A stretch of DNA of 64,000 bases from the NCBI RefSeq assembly GCF_025787225.1, contig NZ_CP090958.1:1968550-2032549 (forward strand). The letters run 5' to 3'. The notes under the pieces were generated by a model. It was not told the DNA's origin and made no database searches. It saw only the letters and a list, made by a program, of their open reading frames with translations. The stretch is from Saxibacter everestensis. Lineage in GTDB: Bacteria; Actinomycetota; Actinomycetes; Actinomycetales; Brevibacteriaceae. Both the position numbers and the translations under genes were made by a program. This document shows positions 50,383 through 60,970 of this stretch, piece by piece; within the stretch, counting starts at the first letter, position 1; each line of letters begins with the position of its first letter.

Positions 50383-51657
50383 CTAGGCCGACTTCTCGTT
50401 CCGTTCGACCTCTTCGGTCTTACCGCGCGGAACCAGGGTCGGGCTGACGTTCTCCAGCACGACCTCCTTGGTGATAACCACGCGGGCGACATCGTCACGG
50501 CTCGGCACATCGAACATGACCGGCTGCAGCACCTCTTCCATAATGGAGCGCAATCCACGCGCCCCGGTGCCCCGAATCAATGCCTGGTCGGCGATCGCCT
50601 CAAGCGCCTCACCGTCAAAGGACAACTCGACGCCGTCGAGTTCGAACATTCTCTCGTACTGCTTGACCAAGGCGTTCTTGGGAGTCCGCAGGATCTCCAT
50701 CAGCGCCGGGCGATCCAGGTTGGTCACGGTGGTGAGAACCGGAAGCCGGCCAATGAACTCTGGAATCAGCCCGAACTTCAGCAGGTCTTCGGGCATCACA
50801 TCACTGAACAGGTCTGATTCGTCGTTCTTTGAGTGCAGGATCGAACCAAAACCGATGCCCTGCTTACCCTTCCGCCCGGAGATAATATCGTCCAGCCCGG
50901 CGAAGGCACCGGCCACGATGAACAGCACGTTCGTGGTGTCGATCTGGATGAATTCCTGGTGCGGGTGCTTACGACCTCCCTGCGGAGGCACTGATGCGGT
51001 TGTACCCTCGAGAATCTTCAGCAGGGCCTGCTGGACTCCCTCTCCGGAGACGTCGCGGGTGATCGAAGGGTTCTCCGACTTTCGGGCGATCTTGTCGATC
51101 TCGTCGATATAGATGATGCCTGTCTCGGCCTTGGCGACGTCGTAATCGGCAGCCTGGATCAGCTTCAGCAGGATGTTCTCGACGTCCTCACCGACGTAGC
51201 CTGCCTCGGTGAGCGCAGTGGCGTCGGCTACCGCGAATGGCACGTTCAACCGGCGAGCCAGGGTTTGCGCAAGGTAGGTCTTGCCGCATCCGGTCGGGCC
51301 GACCAGCAGAATGTTCGACTTCGCCAGTTCGACCTGTTCGCCGTGCGCCGTCGACTCCTGCCCGGCCCGGATCCGCTTGTAGTGGTTGTAAACCGCCACC
51401 GACAGCGCCTTCTTGGCCGGAACCTGACCGACGACGTATTCCTGCAGGAACTCAAAAATTTCCCGCGGTTTCGGAAGATCGACGAGTTCCATCTCGTCGG
51501 ACTCTGCAAGCTCCTCTTCGATGATCTCGTTGCAAAGGTCGATGCACTCGTCACAGATGTAGACACCCGGACCAGCGATAAGCTTCTTAACCTGTTTCTG
51601 GCTTTTTCCGCAGAACGAGCATTTCAGCAAGTCTGCGCCTTCTCCCACGCGAGCCAC
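50383..51657 (-). CDS. clpX: ATP-dependent Clp protease ATP-binding subunit ClpX
   Basis: Zinc-finger CSFCGKS...CDEC, Walker [12 protein letters not shown] start at 51657 (VARVGEG) with an AAGGA RBS. Confidence 0.9.
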   Translation of the reverse strand: MARVGEGADLLKCSFCGKSQKQVKKLIAGPGVYICDECIDLCNEIIEEELAESDEMELVDLPKPREIFEFLQEYVVGQVPAKKALSVAVYNHYKRIRAGQESTAHGEQVELAKSNILLVGPTGCGKTYLAQTLARRLNVPFAVADATALTEAGYVGEDVENILLKLIQAADYDVAKAETGIIYIDEIDKIARKSENPSITRDVSGEGVQQALLKILEGTTASVPPQGGRKHPHQEFIQIDTTNVLFIVAGAFAGLDDIISGRKGKQGIGFGSILHSKNDESDLFSDVMPEDLLKFGLIPEFIGRLPVLTTVTNLDRPALMEILRTPKNALVKQYERMFELDGVELSFDGEALEAIADQALIRGTGARGLRSIMEEVLQPVMFDVPSRDDVARVVITKEVVLENVSPTLVPRGKTEEVERNEKSA

Positions 51658-51817
51658 GAAACACGTCCTTTCAACTGGCGACTCTTCGAACCGAGGCCAC
51701 ACCTAAAAACTACAACTTCCACAATCCCACATCCAGGGACAGTGCGCTGCCAACTGGTCTGCCAACTGCGTGTCGGTAGGTTCGATCTTACCTATTCCTA
51801 CCGACACGCGATCGACA

Positions 51818-52489
51818 TTACTTTCTGGTGAGCGACGCGAGCTGCTTCCGCGATGACAGCACCTGATCGACCAGGCCGTAGTCCTTCGCTTCCTCCGCCG
51901 TCAGGAAGAGGTCACGCTCGATGTCGTCACTGACCTCTTTCGGGGTCTTGTGTGAGTGGTCAGACAGCGTCTGCTCCATCCAGGTACGCATCCGCAGCAC
52001 CTCACGCGCCTGAATCTCGATATCCGAGGCCTGGCCCTGACCCGATCCGGACATCGCCGGCTGGTGAATCAGCAGCCGGGCGTTGGGCAGCGCGAGGCGC
52101 TTTCCCTGAGTTCCAGCAGCCATCAGGACCGCGGCGGCTGAGGCCGCCTGGCCGAGGCAGACCGTCTGGATCTCCGGCTTGATGTACTGCATCGTGTCGT
52201 AGATGGCGGTCATCGCTGTGAAGGAGCCGCCGGGAGAATTGATGTAAAGCGTGATGTCCCGATCGGGATCCTGGCTCTCCAGCACCAGAAGCTGGGCCAT
52301 GACGTCATCGGCGGAGGTGTCGTCCACCTGGACACCGAGGAAGATCACCCGGTCTTCAAAGAGCTTGGTGTACGGATCCTGGCGCTTGAAACCGTATGGG
52401 GTCCGCTCTTCGAATTGCGGCATAACGTAACGCGCCTGCGGCTGGTAGGCCGGATTCAGCGCCGACGATGGGTTCAGATTGTGGTTCAT
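51818..52489 (-). CDS. clpP: ATP-dependent Clp protease proteolytic subunit (ClpP2)
   Basis: [39 protein letters not shown]. Confidence 0.9.
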   Translation of the reverse strand: MNHNLNPSSALNPAYQPQARYVMPQFEERTPYGFKRQDPYTKLFEDRVIFLGVQVDDTSADDVMAQLLVLESQDPDRDITLYINSPGGSFTAMTAIYDTMQYIKPEIQTVCLGQAASAAAVLMAAGTQGKRLALPNARLLIHQPAMSGSGQGQASDIEIQAREVLRMRTWMEQTLSDHSHKTPKEVSDDIERDLFLTAEEAKDYGLVDQVLSSRKQLASLTRK

Positions 52490-52545
52490 AAGGTCTCCTC
52501 GCTCAAAAACTTGTATTCAGATATCGAAGCCGGCGGATTGCGACC

Positions 52546-53184
52546 TCAGCTGTCGGTCCCTGCGCCGTCGCGGACATCCCCGGCGCTTGACACGACCTGA
52601 TCGACGAAGCCGTAGTCGAGGGCCTCTTCTGCGGTGAACCAGTGGTCGCGATCGTTGTCCTTCAGGATCTGCTCGACGCTCTTCCCGGTCTGTATCGCGG
52701 TCAGCTCCGCCATCTGCTGCTTCATGTGCAGAATCAGCTCGGCCTGGATCTTGATGTCGGTAGCGGTTCCCCCGATCCCACCAAGCGGCTGATGCATCAG
52801 GACCCGGGTGTGCGGCGTGACGTACCGTTTCCCGCGGGTTCCCGAAGAGAGCAGGAACTGTCCCATCGAGGCCGCCATGCCCATTCCTACCGTTGCGACA
52901 TCCGGCTGCACGAACTGCATGGTGTCGTAGATCGCCATGCCCGCTGTGACCGATCCGCCCGGTGAATTGATGTAGAGCCAAATATCTTTGTCAGGATCTT
53001 CGGCTGCGAGCAGCAGCATCTGTGCGCAGATGGTGTTGGCGTTATCGTCGCGGACCTCCGAGCCCAGCCAGATAATCCGCTCCTTCAGGAGCCGGTTGAA
53101 GATGTGATCGTCGAGTCCCATTCCCTGCTGCGTCGTGGCAGCGCGGTCGTTAGGGCTGACAGTGGCTGAAAGTTGCTGGCTCAC
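52546..53184 (-). CDS. clpP: ATP-dependent Clp protease proteolytic subunit (ClpP1)
   Basis: [41 protein letters not shown] start at 53184 with a GGGAG RBS. Confidence 0.9.
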   Translation of the reverse strand: MSQQLSATVSPNDRAATTQQGMGLDDHIFNRLLKERIIWLGSEVRDDNANTICAQMLLLAAEDPDKDIWLYINSPGGSVTAGMAIYDTMQFVQPDVATVGMGMAASMGQFLLSSGTRGKRYVTPHTRVLMHQPLGGIGGTATDIKIQAELILHMKQQMAELTAIQTGKSVEQILKDNDRDHWFTAEEALDYGFVDQVVSSAGDVRDGAGTDS

Positions 53185-53421
53185 GTTATAACTCCCGTAC
53201 GTATTGAAGGCCGGCGCCTTCGACTTCGTTTGGCCTGTGCCTTGGACAATAACCCGACTGTTGACGATAAAAGTCCCGAAACCGGCGCTGTTCGCCAACA
53301 GCGCACGATTTCGGCGCCTTCTTCAGCTGCCGGCAGACAATCACGAAAAGTGCCGCAGTCCGCCGAGATGACAAAGGCCGGTTGCAGAACAAAGCTGTTC
53401 CACAACCGGCCCTTCGAACTG

Positions 53422-54789
53422 CTACAGCCGAACGTCTGCCGGATCTACCGCGTCGGACTCGCCGTCCTCGTCGTCGACTGCCTCCGGGGCATCATCCGTG
53501 GCTTCCGCGCCTGCGGGACGGACGAAGGAGCTTAGGTCTACGGGTACACCGGTGGTGTCGACCACGGTTGCCTTTTCCAGCACCGCTGCGAGTGCCTTGC
53601 GGCGGCCGACCTCGGCGACCATCGCTGGAACCTGCCCACCCTGATCGATCGCCTGGGCGAACTCGTTCGGGTTCATGCCGTACTGCTGGGCTGCCGAGAT
53701 CAGGTACTCGATCAGTTCTTCCTGGGAGACGTTGACGTCTTCCTTCTCAACGATGGTGTCGAGCACGAACTGGGTGCGAAGGCTCTTCTCGGTTTCGGCC
53801 GTGACCTCGGAGCGATGCTCCTCGTCGTCGGTGCGGCTTTCGCCTTCCAGGTGACGATCGACCTCGGCCTGGACAACCGACTCGGGAACCGGAATGTCGG
53901 TGACCTCGAGCAGCTGCTCGAGAACTTTGTCACGGGCGGCAACGCCCTGTTCGAAGGTCTTGGCCTTGGCGGCCTGCCCGCGCAGGTCTTCCTTCAATTC
54001 TTCGAGTGTGTCGAATTCGCTGGCGAGCTGGGCGAAATCGTCATCAGCCTCCGGAAGCTCGCGCACCTTGACCGACTGAAGCGTGACCCGCACCTGAGCC
54101 TCTTCGCCTTCGTGCTCCCCACCGGCAAGCTTCGAGGCAAAAACCGTCTCTTCGCCGGCACTGAGGCCGTCGAGCGCCTCATCCAGGCCATCCAGCATCG
54201 TGCCGGCGCCGACCTGATAGGAGATGCCCGAAGCGGTATCGACCTCTTCGCCGTCGACCTCGGCTGCGATATCGATGGAGACGAAGTCATCGGTTGCAGC
54301 GGGCCGCTCGACCGGAGTCAGGGTGCCGAACCGGCCGCGCAGCTCGTCAAGTTCCTTGCTGACATCCTCGTCGGTGACCTCAGTGGCATCGACCTCGACC
54401 CTGATCGAGCTGTACTCCGGCAGGGTGACCTCTGGTCGCACATCGACCTCGACGGTGAATTTCAGTTCACCTTCGTCCTTGCCGTCAAGACCCGGAACTT
54501 CACTGACCTCAACCTCGGGCGTGCCCAGCGGCTTGAGATCGTTTTCGGTGATCGCATCGCGGTAGAACGTATCGAGACCGTCATTGACGGCTTCCTGTAG
54601 TACGGCTGGACGTCCGACACGCTGATCGATGATGCGTGTGGGAACCTTGCCCTTGCGGAAACCGGGAACCTGAATCTGCTCGGAGATCGACTTGTATGCC
54701 TTATCGATGCTCGGCTTGAGCTCGTCGAAGGGAACCTCGACGGACAGCTTCACCCGAGTGGGGTTCAAAGTTTCGACGGCGCTCTTCAC
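53422..54789 (-). CDS. tig: trigger factor
   Basis: Ribosome-binding GFRKGKVP motif, 455 aa, acidic C-terminus. Confidence 0.9.
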   Translation of the reverse strand: MKSAVETLNPTRVKLSVEVPFDELKPSIDKAYKSISEQIQVPGFRKGKVPTRIIDQRVGRPAVLQEAVNDGLDTFYRDAITENDLKPLGTPEVEVSEVPGLDGKDEGELKFTVEVDVRPEVTLPEYSSIRVEVDATEVTDEDVSKELDELRGRFGTLTPVERPAATDDFVSIDIAAEVDGEEVDTASGISYQVGAGTMLDGLDEALDGLSAGEETVFASKLAGGEHEGEEAQVRVTLQSVKVRELPEADDDFAQLASEFDTLEELKEDLRGQAAKAKTFEQGVAARDKVLEQLLEVTDIPVPESVVQAEVDRHLEGESRTDDEEHRSEVTAETEKSLRTQFVLDTIVEKEDVNVSQEELIEYLISAAQQYGMNPNEFAQAIDQGGQVPAMVAEVGRRKALAAVLEKATVVDTTGVPVDLSSFVRPAGAEATDDAPEAVDDEDGESDAVDPADVRL

Positions 54790-54913
54790 AGTGATGCCTC
54801 TCAGTTTCGTTTGTTTGATTTCATCGCAGCGGATTCATGCAGCCCTGCGACGGCCAAAAGACGCTTAACGTGAACGAGGCATGGTCTGCACCATGCCTCG
54901 CAACGTTTACGTG

Positions 54914-54990
<77 letters not shown>

Positions 54991-55097
54991 CACTGAAATT
55001 TATCCTAAAGGTTGCGCAGGGCAAAACGCACATCGGAACAACCCTGCGAAAGCGATTATTACTTCACGCGCAACTGCGCTACAGTTATGTCCGCCCA

Positions 55098-55171
55098 GGG
55101 GATGTAGCTCAATGGTAGAGCCTCAGTCTTCCAAACTGATGGTGCGGGTTCGATTCCCGTCATCCCCTCCA
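55098..55171 (+). tRNA. tRNA-Gly (anticodon TCC)
   Basis: GGGGATGTAGCTCAATGGTAGAGCCTCAGTCTTCCAAACTGATGGTGCGGGTTCGATTCCCGTCATCCCCTCCA. Confidence 0.85.
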
Positions 55172-55180
55172 AGGTAGAAG

Positions 55181-55225
55181 CCCCGGCATTTGCGGCTGTT
55201 AAACCGCTGATGACCGGGGTTTTTG
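55181..55225 (+). terminator. rho-independent terminator after tRNA-Gly
   Basis: CCCCGGca...GCGGCTGTTAAACCGC...tgaCCGGGG followed by TTTTTG. Confidence 0.5.
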
Positions 55226-55567
55226 CGTACCCGGGCCTGGCCGTGAATGCACCGGCAGCCCGATCGGACGGCCCGGCGCCGCAGTGAAACGCCGCTGCCT
55301 CCCTTACCTTTTTCTTGCCTTCCGGTAGGTCGGCGCAGTGATAAGTATCGCAATCCGCAGTTTTCTTGTTCGCGCTCGGCTGAACTTCCCCGGGCTTGGA
55401 ATGTGCTCGGGCCGTAGCCGGACTCTGTTACCGCTCATGACGACATTGCTGCGCAGGCGCACGTTGATGATCATGATGGATCCCACCCGCGGCTTTCATC
55501 CGGTTGCCCGAAGCACCTGCGATTGGTCCCTCCTTAAGCAACATCCGACTCTCGAAGGCACAGATCA

Positions 55568-56854
55568 TTGACTGCATCGACTTCCACTACACGTGACTAC
55601 GTCCCGTCCGGCCCGTTTGCGGGCCGCTTTGGTCCGGCGATCGCACTGAAGTCCCGCGAAACCGGCAGGTTGACCGAGCTTGGCCCCTTCAGCATCGACC
55701 CGGAAACGTTCGGTCCGCTTGAGGTCGCCTACGACTTCGGCCCGGTGACTCGAAAAGACATCGAAGCAGGGCCGGCCTCGTTGTGGCGCTATGCCCCGCT
55801 ACTCCCGGTCCCTCGCACGGCTGAGGAACGGCCCGCCGACCTCAGCCCCGGCTGGACCCGGCTGCTGAAGTCGGAGAATCTAGCCCGGCGGCTGAACCTG
55901 AAGAACCTGTGGATCAAGGATGATCGGGACAATCCGACTCATTCCTTCAAAGACCGGGTGGTCGCCACCGCTCTCGCCGCCGCGAAAACGCTCGGCTACA
56001 CGACACTCTCCTGCGCTTCGACAGGCAACCTGGCAAACGCCGTGGCCGCGGCGTCCGCCCGGGCCGGCATCGATTCGGTCGTCTTCATTCCGGAGAACCT
56101 GGAGCAGGGCAAGATTCTGACATCGGCCGCCTACGGCACAAAGCTGATCGCGATCAAAGGGAACTACGACGACGTCAACCGGCTGTGCTCTGAAATTGCA
56201 GACGACCGCGACGACTATGGCTTCGTCAACGTCAATCTCCGGGCCTACTACGCCGAGGGATCGAAGACGCTCGGCTATGAGATTGCGGAGCAACTCGGCT
56301 GGCGACTGCCCGACCAGGTCGTCATCCCGGTGGCCTCGGGCTCTTTGCTGACGAAAGTCGACAAGGCGTTCCAGGAACTCATCGCGCTGGGTCTTGTCGA
56401 GGCTAAGCCGTACCGGATCTTCGGGGCGCAGGCAACGGGCTGCTCCCCCGTCGCGGAGGCGTTCGACGCCGGCTGGGATGTGGCGAAGCCGGTACGACCC
56501 GACACGATCGCGAAATCACTTGCGATCGGCAATCCCGCCGACGCTCCGTTCGTTCTGGATATCGTCCGCCGCACCGGCGGGGCGGTCGCGGCTGTCAGCG
56601 ACGCCGAAATCGTTGCCGGCATCCGTCTGCTCGCCGAAACGGAAGGCGTCTTCGCCGAAACCGCCGGCGGGGTCACGGTGGCGAACCTGGTGAAGCTGCT
56701 GGATGACGGACGACTGGATCCGGATGCCGAAACCGTCGTGATCAATACCGGTGACGGCCTGAAGACGCTTGATGCCATAGCCGACCATGTCGGTCCGGCC
56801 GCGACGATCGACCCGGATCTGCGGATATTCCGGCAGACGATCGCGGCGCTCTAG
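55568..56854 (+). CDS. thrC: threonine synthase family PLP enzyme (fold type II) with ~70-aa N-terminal extension
   Basis: PLP lysine motif HSFKDRVV, glycine loop, 428 aa. Confidence 0.8.
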   Translation: MTASTSTTRDYVPSGPFAGRFGPAIALKSRETGRLTELGPFSIDPETFGPLEVAYDFGPVTRKDIEAGPASLWRYAPLLPVPRTAEERPADLSPGWTRLLKSENLARRLNLKNLWIKDDRDNPTHSFKDRVVATALAAAKTLGYTTLSCASTGNLANAVAAASARAGIDSVVFIPENLEQGKILTSAAYGTKLIAIKGNYDDVNRLCSEIADDRDDYGFVNVNLRAYYAEGSKTLGYEIAEQLGWRLPDQVVIPVASGSLLTKVDKAFQELIALGLVEAKPYRIFGAQATGCSPVAEAFDAGWDVAKPVRPDTIAKSLAIGNPADAPFVLDIVRRTGGAVAAVSDAEIVAGIRLLAETEGVFAETAGGVTVANLVKLLDDGRLDPDAETVVINTGDGLKTLDAIADHVGPAATIDPDLRIFRQTIAAL

Positions 56855-56920
56855 TCGCGGCGCTTACACGCTTGCACGCTCGAACATGAACGACGACCCA
56901 ATCCATCTGATCTAGGAGTA

Positions 56921-57265
56921 TTGACGATGACGAACACGAACCCGACGGCGCAGTCCGACACGACGGTGAACCCGACGAACGAGCCCGGGGCACAGAGCAC
57001 GATCCGCTTGCCGACAATTTTGCGCAACTACACGAACGGCAATGCCGAGGTCCCTGTCGCAGGGGCCACGCTCGGCGACGCTATCGACGATCTGGAGCAG
57101 AACTATCCCGGCCTGCGCGCCCGGATCCTCGACGACAATGGCGACATCCGCCGCTTCGTCAATGTCTACGTCAACGACGAGGACGTCCGATTCGCCGGTG
57201 GACCGCAGACGGCGCTGCCCGCAGGCTCGTCGGTATCGGTGCTCGCGGCGGTTGCCGGCGGCTGA
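56921..57265 (+). CDS. MoaD/ThiS-family sulfur-carrier protein (CysO-like, C-terminal GG)
   Basis: ...FVNVYVNDEDVRFAGGPQTALPAGSSVSVLAAVAGG* closely resembles mycobacterial CysO. The start is probably downstream of 56921: ATG 56927 or GTG 56966. Confidence 0.7.
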   Translation: MTMTNTNPTAQSDTTVNPTNEPGAQSTIRLPTILRNYTNGNAEVPVAGATLGDAIDDLEQNYPGLRARILDDNGDIRRFVNVYVNDEDVRFAGGPQTALPAGSSVSVLAAVAGG

Positions 57266-57415
57266 ACTGCTGCTCCTTGTAGATCGCTGTGCCGGTGGCG
57301 GCTTCGCTGGCTCGGTGACTTCGCGCCGCCAATTTACTGCCGGGCGGTAGACAGTGGCGGCTGGGGTTTCCCGGAAGCCAAGTAAGCGCCGCCGGGTAAG
57401 CAAGGGCTTACTTCC

Positions 57416-57479
57416 TTGACCTCTGGGCTCAGAGTCGTAGTATCTAAACATCTTCCATATTTGGAATGTGTATAAATAC
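57416..57479 (+). promoter_or_regulatory. dps promoter region: TTGACC-16-TAGTAT, followed by the 5-4-5 palindrome TTCCAtattTGGAA and TATAAATAC
   Basis: Unusually AT-rich stretch for this genome. The palindrome at 57453-57466 is a candidate metalloregulator/peroxide-regulator box. Confidence 0.3.
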
Positions 57480-57547
57480 AGCTGAGGCTTACCTTACCGG
57501 CTTCGCTGCGCATACCGATTCAGCTGACTGTACTCAAGGAGCGACTT

Positions 57548-58012
57548 ATGTCTGTCACGACCAACACCGCCGCAACCACCACCGCAACGGTTGCCCAGCT
57601 GCTCAACCCGCTGGTTGCCGAGCTGAGCGCCCTCTCACTTGTCGGCAAGCAAGCCCACTGGCACGTTCGCGGTGGTACGTTCCTCGCCGTGCACGAATAC
57701 CTGGACACGCTGGTCGATGACGTGCGCGAGTGGGCCGACACAGTGGCCGAACGCGTGGTTGCCCTTGGCGCACCCACTGACGGTCGTCCGGCGATTGCCG
57801 CCTCAGCGGCGACGGCTGCCTACCCGGAGGGCTTCGTCTCCACGGAACAGACCCTTGATCTGATCGTCGAAGCTCTCGACAAGGTCATCGCGCTCGGTCG
57901 CGAGGCTCAGCCGGCACTCGGCGAAGCAGATGCCATGAGCGAGGATGTCGTCATCGAGGTACTGCGCGGCCTGGACAAGCACCGCTGGTTCTTCGACGCC
58001 CAGCGTGGCTAA
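57548..58012 (+). CDS. dps: Dps family DNA-protection/ferritin-like protein
   Basis: LVGKQAHWHVRGGTFLAVHEYLD ferroxidase-site motif. Confidence 0.85.
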   Translation: MSVTTNTAATTTATVAQLLNPLVAELSALSLVGKQAHWHVRGGTFLAVHEYLDTLVDDVREWADTVAERVVALGAPTDGRPAIAASAATAAYPEGFVSTEQTLDLIVEALDKVIALGREAQPALGEADAMSEDVVIEVLRGLDKHRWFFDAQRG

Positions 58013-58146
58013 GTCCCAGCGCGGTTAATGTCCACGGTGCCCGTTGGGCACACGTTCGCACACACCATTCGCGTGCACACCTATGGAGGCCGGCGTTCTG
58101 CGGTTATGGCCCAGCCATCCCGCGGAACGCCGGCATTTGCCGACAT

Positions 58147-58611
58147 ATGACTCATCACATTCTTGAACCAGCGGAGCTGGCCGAACGTCTTCGACAGTCC
58201 GGCTTGCGCTCCACGGCGCCCAGGCGCGCCGTCTATCAGGCCCTGGCCGAGCTCGGCGGGCATCGCTCGGCCGACGAGGTCACCGTCCATACCGCGGCCA
58301 ACGGGCCGAAACTACCCCGGGCAAGCGTTTATAACGCGCTGTCGACTCTGGTCTCCATCGGGCTCGTGATGCAGGCCGAAACCGGTTCCGGCACGGCGCT
58401 CTACGAGGTCGCCTCCGACTACCACCATCATCTCCTGTGCCGCAATTGCGGGGCGGTGACCGATGTGCCGGGCGAATCCCCCCGTGAGTACCTGCGGGTC
58501 AGGGTCGCGGGCGCTCTCGTCGAATCGGCACAGATCGTCTATCGGGGCCTGTGCCCCGACTGCTACGCCGGGATGGCTGCGCACGACGCACGGCAGGACG
58601 TTCGCGGCTGA
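58147..58611 (+). CDS. Fur family transcriptional regulator (FurA/PerR/Zur-like)
   Basis: RSTAPRRAVYQALAE DNA-binding helix, HHHLLCRNCG...CPDC metal sites. Confidence 0.85.
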   Translation: MTHHILEPAELAERLRQSGLRSTAPRRAVYQALAELGGHRSADEVTVHTAANGPKLPRASVYNALSTLVSIGLVMQAETGSGTALYEVASDYHHHLLCRNCGAVTDVPGESPREYLRVRVAGALVESAQIVYRGLCPDCYAGMAAHDARQDVRG

Positions 58612-58645
58612 GGCTCAGGGACGTCCGCTTCCGACCAGGTGGCAG

Positions 58646-59116
58646 CTACGGGGCGACGCGATCCGATTCGTACTTCGAGATGACGTCGATGCGTCGCTGA
58701 TGGCGGGGCTCAGCACTGAATTCCTCGGCAAGAAACGCGTCAACAATGCTCAGCGCCTCGGCTTCGCTGTGCTGCCTGGATCCGACGGCGACAACATTCG
58801 CATCATTGTGTTGCCGGCCGAGCTTGGCGGTATCGATATTCCAAGCCAAAGCCGCGCGCACTCCCGAGACCTTGTTGGCCGCGATCTGTTCGCCGTTGCC
58901 CGATCCGCCGATCACAACGCCTAGCGCGTTGACCCCGGCTTCCCTATCGCTCACCACGCCAAGTCCAGCCGCAATGCAGAAGGCAGGATAGTCATCCTGG
59001 GCGTCGTAGTCAGTCGCCCCATGATCGACGACATCGTGGCCAATTTCACTGAGATGCTTCGCCAGGGCTTCCTTGAATTCGAAGCCGGCATGGTCTGTTC
59101 CGAGGTGTACGCGCAT
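58646..59116 (-). CDS. rpiB: ribose-5-phosphate isomerase B
   Basis: MRVHLGTDHAGFEFKE...VIGGSGNGEQIAANK. The ORF track over-extends to 59452. Confidence 0.85.
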   Translation of the reverse strand: MRVHLGTDHAGFEFKEALAKHLSEIGHDVVDHGATDYDAQDDYPAFCIAAGLGVVSDREAGVNALGVVIGGSGNGEQIAANKVSGVRAALAWNIDTAKLGRQHNDANVVAVGSRQHSEAEALSIVDAFLAEEFSAEPRHQRRIDVISKYESDRVAP

Positions 59117-59120
59117 GCAC

Positions 59121-60089
59121 TTATTCTGACATGTGGATGGTGGCGTCATTCCACTGCGCGCTATCCGGTTGCCGGTCACTATTCCACTGCCGGTAGAAGT
59201 GGTGCACCGGGCCATGACCGCCTGGCCCGCCGACCGATAGCTGTCCGCTGGCCCGGAGCGCGCCGGTGAGATAAGCCTTCGCGGCCCGCACTGCCGCGGG
59301 CAGGTCGCCATCGAGTTGTGGGAGCAAGGTCGCGACGGCGGCCGAGAGAGTGCACCCGGTGCCGTGGGTTGACCGCGTGTCGACCCGAGGCGCCTCCAGC
59401 CAGTGGCACTCCCGCTCGCCGAGGCCTCCGGCCACCGCGCCGGGCCGGACACCAGGCTCGGCCCTGTCTGACAAAACCCTGTCTGACGACACCCTCTGTG
59501 ACGACACCCTGCGTGTCAGCAAAAGGTCCGGGCAGATTTCGCCGGGCAGGTGACCGCCCTTCAGCAGGACGGCACCTGGTCCGAGTTCCAGCAGCCTGCC
59601 CGCCAGGTTAGCCATCTGTTCCCGGTCGACCGGCTCAGGCTGTTCGGTGAGGTCCGCAGCTTCCGGAAGGTTAGGAGTGACCAGGTCGGCAAGCGGCAAC
59701 AGATCGGTTCGCAGCGCCGAAACCGCGTCGGCCGCCAGCAGCCGGTGGCCGCTCTTGGCAACCATGACCGGGTCCAGAACTACATACGGCAATGGATGCT
59801 CACCGAGTACGCCGGCCACCGCCTCGATCACGTCCCTGGATCCGAGCATGCCAATCTTCACCGCATCGATCCGCACGTCCGCCAGCAGGTTTCGCAACTG
59901 CGCAGCGACGAATGCGGGTGGTATTCGCAAGACTTCCGCCACGCCCTGGGTATTCTGGGCAACCAGAGCAGTGATGACGCTGGTGCCATATCCGCCCAGC
60001 GCCGAGAACGTCTTCAGGTCCGCCTGGATGCCTGCCCCGCCACTTGGGTCGGTACCGGCGATCGTCAGAATGTTCCTGATCTCGCCCAT
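59121..60089 (-). CDS. thiD: hydroxymethylpyrimidine/phosphomethylpyrimidine kinase
   Basis: ILTIAGTDPSGGAGIQADLKTF...GGHGPVHHF. Confidence 0.85.
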   Translation of the reverse strand: MGEIRNILTIAGTDPSGGAGIQADLKTFSALGGYGTSVITALVAQNTQGVAEVLRIPPAFVAAQLRNLLADVRIDAVKIGMLGSRDVIEAVAGVLGEHPLPYVVLDPVMVAKSGHRLLAADAVSALRTDLLPLADLVTPNLPEAADLTEQPEPVDREQMANLAGRLLELGPGAVLLKGGHLPGEICPDLLLTRRVSSQRVSSDRVLSDRAEPGVRPGAVAGGLGERECHWLEAPRVDTRSTHGTGCTLSAAVATLLPQLDGDLPAAVRAAKAYLTGALRASGQLSVGGPGGHGPVHHFYRQWNSDRQPDSAQWNDATIHMSE

Positions 60090-60091
60090 GG

Positions 60092-60874
60092 CTACTCCGC
60101 CACCGAAGCCGTTGAACGAGCGATAATTCCTTCCGCCCCGACCGGCCAGCGCTCAAGTCGCCAGGCAGCATCCCAGAACATCCATTCGAACTGGGCACCC
60201 CGGAAGTATGCCTTGCGCAAGGCGAGACGCTCACGCTCTCCAGCGTCGCGAGCCCAGGTATCCGCATAACCCAGCACCTGTTCCACGAGGCCGGCGAATT
60301 CCGGAGCCGCGTACGTATCAATCCAACGGGCGAACAATGGGTCCGGTGATGAAGCCCGCTGCATCGCCGCACCCACTTCTGCGTAGATCCAGTAGCACGG
60401 CAATACCGCACCGAGCGCCTCGGCGAACGACCCCGAGCCGGCGGACTTCAGCAAGAAATCCGTATACGCCACGGTTGTCGGACTGGCCGGCAAGTCGCCC
60501 GGCCGGGCATCGCCAAGGCGTGGCAGAAGCTGATCGAGAAGTTCCTGGTGCAGGCCGGATTCCTCTGCCAATGCGCCGACGGCGCCCGAGGCGAATATCC
60601 TGATGCCTTCCGAGTCTGGTGCCCGCCCTGCGAGCGCGGCAAGCGCCTGCGCATACTTGCCCAGATACAGCGAGTCCTGCGCCAAATAGCTGCCGAACCG
60701 GACCGGATCCAATGACCCGTCGCCTAAACCCGCGATGAACGGATGCGCCAGGATCTGGTCGAATATTTCCGCGGTGTCCGCCCATAACACCGCACGGAGC
60801 GGCAACTCCGAGTCGTCTGCGGGGTTGGTCGCCGGAGCCGGGCGGGACGTTCCGGGGTGCAGCACGGTGCTCAT
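60092..60874 (-). CDS. tenA: thiaminase II / aminopyrimidine aminohydrolase (TenA family)
   Basis: TenA/PqqC-like helical fold. Position between thiD and thiE. Confidence 0.75.
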   Translation of the reverse strand: MSTVLHPGTSRPAPATNPADDSELPLRAVLWADTAEIFDQILAHPFIAGLGDGSLDPVRFGSYLAQDSLYLGKYAQALAALAGRAPDSEGIRIFASGAVGALAEESGLHQELLDQLLPRLGDARPGDLPASPTTVAYTDFLLKSAGSGSFAEALGAVLPCYWIYAEVGAAMQRASSPDPLFARWIDTYAAPEFAGLVEQVLGYADTWARDAGERERLALRKAYFRGAQFEWMFWDAAWRLERWPVGAEGIIARSTASVAE

Positions 60875-60970
60875 CTGTCTCCTCTTCCTTCGCCGGTACT
60901 AGCCGGAGCAGGTTCAACGGTCGGCGCCTGATGCGCCCTCTCAGCCTTTCGGCTCCCGTGGTGATGCTGC

